A stretch of DNA of 53,770 nucleotides, the filler included, from Jimgerdemannia flammicorona (taxonomy: Eukaryota): the NCBI GenBank assembly GCA_003990765.1. It is 2 parts of 2 records of this genome, joined end to end, with 100 filler letters (N's around TTAATTAATTAA, not from the genome) between each part and the next. Parts side by side here need not be neighbours in the genome. Positions count along the whole stretch, not along the records: positions 1 to 26,847 come from RBNJ01000690.1; 1 more part is not named here. One strand, written 5' to 3'. The position numbers and the translations under genes are program-made. The stretch's first letter is position 1, and each line of letters starts with the position of its first letter. Positions 13,144-24,327 of this stretch are shown in pieces. The notes under the pieces were generated by a model. The model was not told where the DNA came from and made no database searches. It worked only from the letters and a program-made list of their open reading frames with translations.

Positions 13144-13203
13144 CAGAGGGTGCTTCTGGCAGTCAGAGGGTGCTTCTGGCAGTCAGAGGGCATTTCTGGC
13201 AGT
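13144..13203. repeat. 20-bp tandem repeat x3 (CAGAGGGTGCTTCTGGCAGT)
   Basis: Three consecutive near-identical units visible directly. Confidence 0.85.
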
Positions 13204-13456
13204 CGAAGTCCACTACAGATTCAGGCCCCATCACTGGTTCAGGTCCCATGGGCACCCTGGCCCTACATCGCAGTGCTGCATCAGTGGCACTATAGAGCAG
13301 AGCCAAGGGGCCAGTAGGGCCCTGCATAATGGCTAAGCTAGTGCTACAGAAGAGGCACCCAGCCCAACCCCCTACATAAGACTGCCCAACTCACACAAAA
13401 TGACTATCTAACCCTCATGAAAGACTGCTTATCCCTTGTGAAAGATTGCCTAACCC

Positions 13457-15531
13457 TTACAAAAACTGCTCCAACCACCAGTCCCAGGTCTTGATGAGTC
13501 TATCATCTATTATGAGTGCAACGACTGTTGTGTCTGAGCTCTCCTCAAAGGCGACAGTGCCACAGTGGTTATGTGGTTGGAAGAGAATAGCCATGTTAGC
13601 TGCAAATGGGATCCCAAAACCATAGGTGAGGTTGTTCCAGACTCTATCACTATCCTCCCAGGTTGGGCCCTTCCTTTCTGGGACATAAAACATTACTGGG
13701 GTGACATTGTTGTCTATATGTGTGGGCAGAGAAAGGTTGCACCCAATATATCCTAATGTGATGCAAGTATATGGTTGGGTGAATTCTTGGTCCAGAACCT
13801 CATACTGCCATGCTGTGCTGGTGGATGCCTGCCCTTAGTCCAGCCCTGGGAGCCCCGGCTTGGAAACCTGCCAAAACAGATAGCAATCAGTCAGTTCTTT
13901 TTGCATACAGGGGGGCAGAAACCCCCTGGGCCACAGAAACCCCCCAGGCCACAGAAACCCCCCAGGCTGCAGTACCCCAAAAAAGCAGAGCTCCTCACCT
14001 TATATGGCATGCTAAATTGTACCAAGAATGTATGTATAGCCATGCTGAGATCACCACTAAGCTGGCCTGCTGTTCGCTCTATCAATCTGCTCAAAGAACC
14101 CCAGATCATAGCTGCCATCACCACACAGGCCGTGTCATGCTCATGTGCAGTTTGCTCTTTGATGGCACTTCTAAAGTTCCAGTAGGGGTACAGAATCTTG
14201 TGCATCTCTGGATTTATATCAAAAAGAGTATGTTGGTGAAGAGTGTGATTTATCTGGAGAGGAGTAAAAAAAAAGAGAGATGAGTGTAGGGGATTTTGGA
14301 ACTCTGGAACCCACCCTTCGCCAGTGTTATAGTATACCCAATTCCTGTCCAAACCCCCCCTCCTTGCTTTTTTTGCCCCCTCTTTCCTGCCACCCAGTAT
14401 TTGATGCAATCCTCATAAATCTTATTGATGTGGCAGTGAAGCTCATCACCATAGAGATTCCTTACTACCATTGCAACCACCTCTCTATGTTCATTAATAA
14501 AGATATAGTTCTCTTTGTCATTGATTACTCCTGCTGGCCAATGGACCCCTTGGTTAAGAATGATTGGCTCTGATTCAAATATAGACCCCCAAGCCTTAAT
14601 GATGATACTGGTACTACTCATGCTGAACATCTTGTCCTTGAATTTCTCTATTTGATCAGATGCCAGATGTGGTTGAACTTGGATAACTTTGAACTCTCCT
14701 TTCCAATGGAACTGAGCTCTGATCTGAGGGACTGAGATAAGTGTGTGGACAGGTTGCATGTGGATGGGTTGCATGCAGATGAGTTGCATGTGGGCAAGTT
14801 GCATGTGGGCAGATTGTGTGCAGGTGTAGATGTTTTTTAGAGGGAGACTATATAAAAAATGAAATTAAATAAAACATGGAGATGAGTATTTCAGAAAAAG
14901 AGCATGAGTGAGTGAGTGAGTGAGCTGCATGTCAACAAGTTGCATGCTGATGAGTTGTATGAGTTGTACAAGATTGCTCATGAAGGCTTGCTTCTGTTCT
15001 TTTGAGATCTCCACCACATGATATATTGACTCAACAGCTCAGCCACCAAAGGTATGCTCCACAATGTCCTCCAACCTTTCTTCATCTTGACCAGATGTTG
15101 TGAATAAAGTTAGCAGATCTCACTGTAGAGCTGTGGACCCTAAGAAGAGCATGAGGTGAATTGGGTCATGCTGGGGGAATTTAAATAAGTAAAATGTAGC
15201 AGCAGAAAAGAGCAACCTACATCTACTATTAGCTGCTCCAAAAAGGCTGCTGCATACATAGCTGTGAGGTCTGTGAATTCTGAGATCCGAAGGGCTGCCA
15301 TGAGTTGTTGCCAGAATTCACCCTCATCCCCACCATTGCCATTGCCATTGCCATTGCCACCGCCATCACCCCTTTGGCTCTTGATGAGCAGCTTGTGTGC
15401 TGCCTATATGAGAAAGAATCTAACATTGTCAGCAGAGAGTATGTTTCTACCTCAAATACTCCCTCTTTTGATGATCATTGCAGAGTGAAAAATGAGTAGA
15501 CTGGACCAATATATGAATTAAGGGCTGCCAT
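13457..15531 (-). pseudogene. hAT cargo gene: 2OG-Fe(II) dioxygenase-like, TET/JBP-like protein, ~497 aa, six exons, four premature stops
   Basis: Hand-built exons 15531-15451, 15403-15221, 15170-14970, 14723-14315, 14207-13999, 13867-13457 join in frame through GT..AG introns. Last exon reads CITLGYIGCNLSLPT-HID-NNVTPVMFYV...YGFGIPFAANMAILFQPHN-H-CGT (HxD 13720-13712, distal His 13567-13565). Exon 4 reads YIFINEHREVVAMVVRNL...KRGQKKQGGGVWTGIGY. Stops are three TGA and one TAA, consistent with C>T decay. Family call is by motif recognition only. Confidence 0.62.
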
Positions 15532-15682
15532 TTTGTTTGCTTATAATGTGGCAGGAAAGAACAAAGAAAAAGAACAAAGAAAAGAGAGGGAACAAAGAAA
15601 AGGGTAATATCACCAAAGTGTGATGGGAAAAAAAAAACAAGAGTGAAATGAACAAAAGAAAGGGTGATGTCATCAAAGATTT

Positions 15683-15873
15683 CAATCCAGATGGATCATC
15701 CAGATGGATCATCTGGATGGATCAATCTGGATGGATCATCCAGATGGATCAATCTGGATAGATCAATCTGGATCAATCCAGATCAATCCAGATCAGATCA
15801 TAAGACCAATCTGAGTTGATTTGAATCCATCATATGCCAAACTTGAATCAAATCTCATCTGAATTAACTCCAT
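15683..15873. repeat. hAT right subterminal repeat array (ATCCAGAT/ATCTGGAT/GATCA units)
   Basis: Dense TCCAGA/TCTGGA/GGATCA repeats directly inside the right TIR. Confidence 0.8.
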
Positions 15874-15888
15874 TCGTTCAGAGCACTA

Positions 15889-18064
15889 CCCACCTTCTTC
15901 TGCCATATTACCACCTTCCCCCACTCTCTTGTCTATTCCAATCCATCAATCTCAACCTCACACCTCACATCCTGAAGTATAAATACATCTGTATTCAGTT
16001 TCCTTAGTTAGCCAAAGATATTGTGATGTCTTTCTACCCCCCAAAGTCTATTGATATTTATAGAGAATATATTAGTTGTACTATTCATAGTGAGTAATGT
16101 TATGGAGATATAAATCCACTCTACAATTCTATACTCATATTCTCTTCTACCAAATCTAAGTTCCACTCAGCCTTGATCTCTGTTTCCAATTCCTACTATT
16201 CATCTAGAGCTACCAATAACTCCATATAATTCTCTCCATCTACTATTTTTATAGATGTATGGTACTCCTTACACACTACCTGTCAGTCCATTCCTTAGCC
16301 CCCACAGATATGATGTCTGCTCATTCACAATGTCCAGAAGAGTTACCTCTCAGGTTCCATCTATCTCATATTTCTTCTTCTTCAATAGAGCTGCTATTAT
16401 CTCATCTCTAAGCCTTCTCATCACCTCACTCCTCAGCACTTTCCCTCAGAAGGTCTCACTGATTATATTAAAATCTATCTCTCCCAACTCCTCTGCTGCC
16501 ACATTCTTCATTGTCTTCTATAGCCACTTCTCTCCACTAATTGTCTCCTCCCCCCAGGCTAACTTCTGCCCTTCAGCTCCCCTGCCTTGCCCCTCCTTGA
16601 TTCTCTCAGATTCATCCCATCCATCTTCAGATATATTCTGTAGCTCCTTCTCTCTAACATCAGATACTCTATACTGAACCATAGTCTCCTCTACCATCTC
16701 TGTATCTACTGCCACCTCCTCTATCCCCAGTTCTAATTCCCCCCTCTGGCCTTCTCCTTTTTGCCCTATTTCAGCCCACATACTAGCCCTTGCACCATTC
16801 CCTCTAGATACCTCAGCTCCCTTTAGTTCTCCTCCTAGGCATAATAATAGCTTCTTCTGCATCTTCCTCTCCTATGCCTTTTCCCAGAGTATCTGATCTA
16901 TCTGCACCTTCTTACCATTGATAACCTCAACCACCATCCTAGTCTCATACTTCTTCCAAGCCTTCTGCCTCCTCTCCACTGCTCTCACTATATCTTCCAG
17001 TATCTCTAGCAGGTCCTCCTCCTCTTCTAGTTCTCCAGCACCCTTGATACCTTGTACTCTACTGGTCCCCACCTTAGTACTACCAACCAGTCTCTCCCTT
17101 TCCCCATATTCTCCTTCTCTACTAGCCTTACTCAGACATCTATATCTCCAGTTCTGAGCTCTATCCCCTCTTAGATCCAAAATCCAACATTGACAATATC
17201 ACTAAACTTCTTAACAGCAACTGTCTTGCTTTCTTCTTCCTGACAGTTATCAGGTCTACTATCACTAGTTGAACCACTCAGTGATCTCAGTATATATCTT
17301 ATTATTGAAACTACAACTCCTTCAACTATCAGCCCCTTCTCCAGAGCCCCCAGCAGTACCTCCTTCTCTTCAAAACTGACCTTCACTGACTCAAGCTTTT
17401 TCAAAAACTTCACCAATACTGCACCCTTCACCTCCTTAGCCAAGAGCCCCAGTACCATCTTTACTACCACCAAGTCTCAGAAGTATATCATAACTGTAAA
17501 TTCAGATTTCAACTTCTTGAGTAATGGAGCCACTACTAGTCTCATCACACCATCAGCAAGGTCACCTGGCCTCATGTCCTTTCTACATCTTAGTTTACTA
17601 TCAGCAGTCCTATCTAGATTTTTTTCTAGATTACTCATCATGCTCTCATCAGTAGTCACCCCAACAGCTACTACATCTCCAGTCTCTCTACTCTGGCCCC
17701 CCCAGAGGGACTTCCTCCAGTCCCCCTATAGCTCTCTTCTCCTTTCCCAGCTCCAGCCATCTATCTATTCCTATTACTCATACTCCCATCTTGACCTTAA
17801 CAGCAAAGGTCAACTGTCTACTCTCCTGCTACCTTGTTCCATCTCTTTTACTACTGTCAGCCCTGTTCCCTCATAGAGGCACTCAGCATTCCTAAGCCTG
17901 TACCTTGACCCTACCTCACATACTGTCAGTCAAAGGTACTGGGGCCACCCTGCTCTATATACTCTCCAGATTACTCATTGCTCACTATATTAATATCTTT
18001 TCACTGAAAATGTTATTTGAAGTATTGTCTGAAGTTTGTATAATCTGAATATTACTAGAGAAAG
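15889..18064 (-). mobile_element. LINE copy A, 5' part (leader, ORF1, start of EN)
   Basis: Continues the EN frame from 3497 (QDVRCEVEIDGLE*TREWGKVVIWQKKV). ORF1 remnant MRPGDLADGVMRLVVAPLLKK. Minus-strand leader CTTTCTCTAGTAATATTCAG starts at ~18064. Confidence 0.9.
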
Positions 18065-20225
18065 ATACTCCCAGAACTCCTCAGACCATTTATATTTAAT
18101 GAAAAAATATTAGTTATATTATTCATGGGGAATAATATTAAAATAGATATCTCCTCTTTATAACTCCATATTCACTTTCTCTTTAGCTAAGTCTAATCTA
18201 TGCTCAACAGTAGCCTCTGCCCCCTCAACTTACTTAGTTTCCAGTCCAACCAAAAGCTCATCTATTGCTGTATCATCCTTCAACTCTATCTTCTTCTGGT
18301 ACTCTAAGTAAGCCCTTTATCAAATTTTCAATCTATGCCTCTGTTCTTACCAGAAGACTGCATGCTCCCTAGCTATCACTGCTATCTCTGCCTCTCTTGC
18401 AACATCTACCTCATAACTCTTCTCATCCAAATACATTGCCAGTACCTTCTTTACTAGGGCCTCTACAATACCATCTCTCTGCCCAGTACTCCTCACTGAC
18501 AACTCATAAGTCTATATCCCCCAACTCCTTAGCTATTAAGTTATTTATTACCTAGTATATCTACTGCAAGTCTCCAATCTCTTTATCCCCAGAGGTCACT
18601 GACTGGCTGGCCCCAAGTGTCACAGTATCTGTTTCAGCACTTACAGACTCATCCCACTTCTTCTCAGAGATATCCACCAACTCCTCCTCTCCAACCTCAA
18701 CCATCTGCTCCCCACTTACCACCTCAGATACTCCAAACCTAATACAGTGAGTCCCCAACATCTCCACATCCTCACCAGCCATTAGTCAGATGGCCTGAGC
18801 CTTTCTTCCTATATCCTCACTCTCCTTCTATATCTCTAGTATACTGTCATCATAAAGAGTCTGATATTGTATCTCCTGGCTCTAACCCCCAGCCTTAGTA
18901 CTCCTCCTCTCCTCCTTACCTGCCCAGACACTCTCCTGAGCACCCCTAGCAGTCTTATCTAAACTGGATAATACCTTCTCTTTCTCCTTCAAACTAGTCA
19001 GTAACTCTCTCTACCTCTTATGCTCCTGAGCTCTCTCTCACTGCTCCTTATCTACCTAAATGCACTTTTCATCTACTATCTCCAAGTGAGTTGAGTCTAT
19101 ATAAGTCTTCTATATCTTGGCCCACTGCTCCACTACTCACTCTACTGAGCTTCTCCAGTACCTCCACCAAATCCTCCTCCTCCTTGATACTCTCCTTCAC
19201 TCTTATTACCTTGCAGATAAATGCCCTCCACATCAGCACTGAGGGCCAGTTCCTCAACTTTCCTATAGCCTCCTTCTCAGCTAGCTGGAGCCTGATATCT
19301 ACATCTTCTATTCTAAAAGAAGTCCCCTCCCAGACCTGAAAACCAATATCAACCACCTTACTATACTCAGCTATAGTCTTCTCTATCCTCCTCCTTATCT
19401 TGATCATTATCACCATGAGCATCTCTTCACCAGTAGCTGGACCACTCTGGGGTCTCACCTCAGACAGTGAGCTATTAGAACCACCACCTCACCTACAGTC
19501 AACCCTGCCTTCAATACCTCCTCTAGGGGGACAGGCCTCCTCAAAGCCTACCTCTACCCCCTCAAGTCTCTTTAAGAACTTTACTAAGGCAGCTTCAGCT
19601 ATCTGCTTCGAGATTAGCCCCAGAACTATTTTCACTATCACTGCTAAGCTTCAGAAGTACAATATAACTATAAACTCTGAGATTGATTTCTTGAGTAATG
19701 GGGCCACTGCTAAACCTATTATACCATTGGCCAGATCTCTCTGCCCCTGCTGGTCCCCCTGTATAGTACTACTATCAGTCATTACATCTCTTTTTTTTTT
19801 CTGATTTCTCATCACACCTCTATCAGCAGTCACTCTACAGCCCCCAGCCACAGCCCCTCCTGTCTCTACACTTGCTCTCCTAGACAAAGGGCCTCCTACC
19901 CTCTCCAGGTTAGCCTTGTCTTTCCCTTTAGCTATGCCAGTCTAAGCATCTACTGGCCATCTACTCTCCTTCACTTTATCAGTAAAACTCAGGGGTCCAG
20001 ATTCTCTCTCATTTTCACCAGATAATGATCACTCTCCAGAGTCCTCTCTATTCTTCACACCTCTATTCCTAGGCCATAATCTCTCCCCACATATTGTTAG
20101 CTAAATGTCCCAGGTCTACCTAACCCTATATACCTATCAGAACTCTTGCTTGAAGATATATTGATAGTATCTTTTCTCTAAATTATTGTAAAAAGTATTA
20201 TTAGAAGTTTGTATAATATAAATTA
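18065..20225 (-). mobile_element. LINE copy G, 5' portion (degenerate leader, ORF1, first ~20 codons of EN), interrupted by LINE A
   Basis: Minus strand MNNITNIFSLNINGLRSSG stops at the 5' end of LINE A. ORF1 remnants GLAVAPLLKKSISEF and FQVWEGTSFRIEDVDIRL. Leader remnant at ~20160-20225. Confidence 0.85.
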
Positions 20226-20229
20226 TACC

Positions 20230-21479
20230 TGACTTACTCTCTCAGTTATATTTTAAAAACTGTAATTTATTTTCTAGAAGTAAGGTCCTTCAGAGTTATA
20301 ATTTTTTTAAAAATATTTAGAAATTTTCATGAGTTTTCTTCTAAATATTCTATAAAGATAAAAGTAATATTTTCATTTTATTATCATTATCTTCTAGTTC
20401 TTTCTCAATTTCTAAATCTGTTTCAGTTATTATCTCTATAGATATACTGAGTCTAGTTAAGCTACTAGAAGTTAAGGAGAGAGTACTTGGTCTTTAAAAC
20501 ACTAGTACTCCTCTTGGTATTCTTAAGAATACTGGGCTTGAAAGATCTACTAGTTCTGATAGTAATAAGATAGATAGAACTTCTAGAGAAAATCAGAATT
20601 GATTAATGTGGTCTTCAAGCTTCTATATAAGTTTATTAAAGTTTCATTATAAGATTATTTATATTATTTAGTTAGTCTGGCTAAATTAGATCTCTTGATA
20701 GTAAGTCTACTAATATTTTTAATATATTTACAAATTATAGTCTTAGTGACTGAGCTAGTAGTAATGAAGAATTTTATACTATATTAATCTCTAATTGACT
20801 AAAAATTCATTCTCTTATAATGATAAAAATTAGTATTATATATATCAAAGATTTTTATATTAGTATTATTATCTAATTTGTCTATTGAGTTCTGTAAGCT
20901 GAAAAGTTATATAGATTTTGAAAATCTTCTCAGTTAAGCTCTCAAATATAATCTGCTAGCTCAATAAAGATAAATTACAAGATGAGACAGCTGTGTAAAT
21001 TGACTTAAGCTCTCAGTTACTTTGTCAAAAATTAATAAAATATATATTAATTTGTCTTAGACATATTTTTCAGAAATATCTTAAAATTGTAAAGTTCTAT
21101 TATTAAAACTTTTGATAGTAATCTTCAGACTTAATCTAATTAGTAGACCAAATATAGAAAATCTTGAAATAGACTTGACTTACTTTTGATAAGAGAATTA
21201 GAGTAAAATTGGAAATAGCTTACAATCTTCTTAACAGTGACTCTTGAGTTGACATTTCTTCTAAGTATTGTAATTCTTTTCTTTGAATCAAGTGGCTCTT
21301 GACAGACATATTTCTTGAAGTATATTATACAGACTTGTCTTTTGCTTTTAACTTAGATTTCAGACTGAGGTTATTTACTCAAATCTCTTGGGTATTTTAT
21401 ATATTTTATACAAGTGTAATTGCTATCTGGTTACTATCTGGGTAATTATAGAATGTGCAGTAAGGCTAATTTAGGGGAG
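20230..21479 (-). mobile_element. Unclassified repeat, extremely AT-rich and decayed; homologous to 52031-52785
   Basis: Reverse complement of 21479-20955 aligns with 52031-52785 from a shared start (CTCCCCTAAATTAGC vs CTCTTCCTAAAGTAGC). Abuts the truncated 5' end of kinase copy 1. Confidence 0.6.
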
Positions 21480-22279
21480 GAAAATGGCGCCAGCTACGCA
21501 TCATCAGTGGCGCCATCAACATGCTACACGGCTCACATGGTGTCTACGGCCGGTTTGCATATCTTCCGCCTGAAGTCTTCAATGGTGCACCTTATACACA
21601 AGCCTCTGATATTTACTGTCTTGGCACTCTGCTGTGGCAGTTCGTAACCGGTGTTCCTCCACGGGGTATCGCCAATTCAAATAATTGTCTGCGAGAAGAA
21701 ATGATACCGCACATGCCAACGGCGCTTAAACGGGTATTACAGAATTGTTGGAAAGTTGACCCGGACAGGCGACCTTCCGCTACCGTTCTATTTGATTCCC
21801 TCACTGCATGTCTTGGAACAGCTCCCGAGGAACCAATTATGTACATTGGGAGTGATCGAGATTTTATGCTACCTGTGATACCTTTGTCTCACAAGACATT
21901 TCATAAATGACAGGCGTCAATTGCATTTTGCTCAATCCAAGGCTTCAAGCGCAAACATATCTTTTGTCTTTGGCGAAGTATCTACTACAAGCATTGAATT
22001 TCACATGTATGCCTCTCTCAGGTATCTAAGTCTTTTGGGAGCCGCAGAGGACAATAGGTATGTTTTCGCATATATGCATGATGTTCATCTCGTACTCAAA
22101 CTTCCTTAATACGCGCTCAAATCAATGCTCACTCGTCATATCTTCATTTTTACCAGAAATACTTCAAAAGTGTGGGCGTAGTCGTGTCTCGAAATATATC
22201 GGCTTCAACTCGGCGAAGTCGGGTATCGAATATATCGGCTTCGATTCGGCGTTCTTTGGCCGCCGCTCTGTCTTTGTGA
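21479..22279 (+). pseudogene. TKL kinase tandem copy 1 (5'-truncated, DVGL motif deleted, frameshifted)
   Basis: Aligns with 25057-25867. Lacks the 12 nt GACGTCGGACTC encoding DVGL. Retains GVYGRFAYLPPEV, ASDIYCLG and CWKVDPDRRPSA. Confidence 0.88.
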
Positions 22280-23504
22280 GGTTGGCTTATATGATGTGAA
22301 GGTACATCCAATCAACATATCTCTCCTGATGGGATATACAAATAGTTAGTCAACTTCTTCCATCTAGTATTTCATTGCACCATCAGTATTATGTGGGACT
22401 CTCGACTTTCAAAGATTTGTCATGCAAGGCGTCCTTTACGAAAATAAATCGAATATTTATATTTATTTATTTGAAGTATTTCCTTGATTTGTAATATCCT
22501 TATTAGGTTGATGACCGTCAGATAATAATGGGCTACATCCTGATCCACTTAATATGGGTCGCGTTGGTCGAAATCAGTATACATACATATTGATATGTCA
22601 GAGTCATAAGAGGAACTTCTCCATCATTTTCTTCAATAATTTTGTTTGATGTAATAGTTTTTTCTCAGGCCAGACAAGAAACTGATTTTTGCATTGAGGA
22701 AAATATCCTTCTATTCATCCACACCATCAAATAATACAAGCCCCCCGTTTTCCTGTTTCTCTCTATTGAACCCACCTCAGCTCTCCACGACCTTTACTTT
22801 TTGATCTCTCCGTCTGGGCCGACCAACAAACACGCCGCTAGCCCACATGCTTACCTCTCTGCCAACATAGCCGCCGCGCGTCTCTGCTCTGTTCCGACGA
22901 ACGCGCTCCCCACAGGTGTAATAAGGGAGCTCTGCGATTTGCGTCTAGGAGGCCTGGTCGCACGTAGTTCTGCATTGAGGAAGCGCATTCTGCTATTCAG
23001 CATTCCGTTTTGCCGGAATAACCTGGATTTGGATTCTCGAGTCTCGGACTCAACCTTGCTAAGAAATATGATGGATATTTATACGAAATAATAAACTAAA
23101 GCAATTGTGTGCTGAATGCTGCGGATTTCGTACTAAAATGCAGTCCGGATTATGTGAGGTCTCTGTCATGCAATCGTTTTGAATAATGGTGTTCATGATT
23201 GCATTGATCAGCATGATCAGCTGTTGCAGATCGAGTGTCATGTGTTCAATGTACGTGTCTGCGAACGTGGAAATAGCCGATACCACGCGCATGGCGCATC
23301 TGATAAACCTCGAGGATACAGCGGCGCAGAGAACAAGAAATAGGGGAACATTCTGATGGTTGTTGGTGTGTGTCGAGAGTTGTGGTTCTTTCTTTTGCCT
23401 TCATTGGTATTGGATAAAAGTGGTCACGGTCTGTGGGCTAGCCCGGTGACATAATTACAATCAAGATAAATTACTGCATTACATAATGCAATAAGCTACT
23501 GCGC

Positions 23505-24006
23505 ATGGGTCGGAGACATTTTCTCCAATCGAACACTGACAAACTCCAAACGTTTAAACAACCCTGATATTTACTGTTTTGGCACCCTGCTGTGGAATCT
23601 CGTGATTGGTGTGCCTCCACGGGTATCACCAGTTCCTGCGAGAAGGAATGCAGCAGATGCAAGTGGCGCTTAGAATATATACCATATTTGTCTCAAAAGA
23701 CAAGATTCTTCATAAATGAAAGTCATTGATTGTATTTCGTTCAATCCAAGATTCCAAACGCAAACGCATCTTTTGTCTTTTGCGAAGTATCTACTACGAG
23801 CAATGCATTTCACACTTACATCTCTCAGACTTCGGGAGTTGCGGAGGACAATAAGTGTGTTTTTGCACATATGCATAATTCTAAATCACTCGTCATATTT
23901 CCGATATTTTAACAGTGTATCGAATGTGTCGGCTTCGACTCGGCGAAATCATGTGTCGAATATATTGGCTTTGATTCGGCGTTCTTTGGCCTCTCTTTCT
24001 TTGTGA
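23505..24006 (+). pseudogene. TKL kinase tandem copy 2 (large internal deletions)
   Basis: ATG 23505 MGRRHFLQSNTDKLQTFKQ is fused to a DIYCFGTLLWNLV remnant and to the last exon (VSNVSASTRRNHVSNILALIRRSLASLSL*). Most of the kinase domain is missing. Confidence 0.82.
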
Positions 24007-24327
24007 AGTTGGCTTACATTGAAGGTACATCCAACAAACGGTCTAGGCTCCAACAAGAGTCCTACCTATTTTTATTCTCCAGTAGTTAGCCAGCATTGCA
24101 CCATCCTTTCAAATGATTTGTCATACAGGGCGTATCTTATAAATAATAAAACAAAATGGTCACGGCCTATTGGGGTGACCTGGTTCAACAATACGAACAT
24201 AATATTGAGGCATACAAACTTGGGCAAAAGATAAATTACTGTATTACATAATGTAATAGGCTACTACACATGGATCGGATACATTTACCTCCATCCACCC
24301 AACCTGAATCTGAACCAACTCTTAATC

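Larger units (their letters stand above)
3498..15888 (+). mobile_element. hAT-superfamily DNA transposon, ~6.5 kb once LINE B is removed, carrying a second gene
   Basis: Left TIR TAGTACTCTGAATGA (3498-3512); right TIR reverse complement TAGTGCTCTGAACGA (15874-15888). 8-bp TSD TCCACCTT (3490-3497) / CCCACCTT (15889-15896). Removing the element restores the LINE A endonuclease frame. Contains hAT transposase motifs. Confidence 0.93.

Noticed and set aside
22917..23258. ~340-bp segment present after kinase copy 1 but not after copy 3, starting TGTAAT
   Set aside because: No matching inverted end or TSD; a solo LTR cannot be distinguished from a deletion in the other copy.
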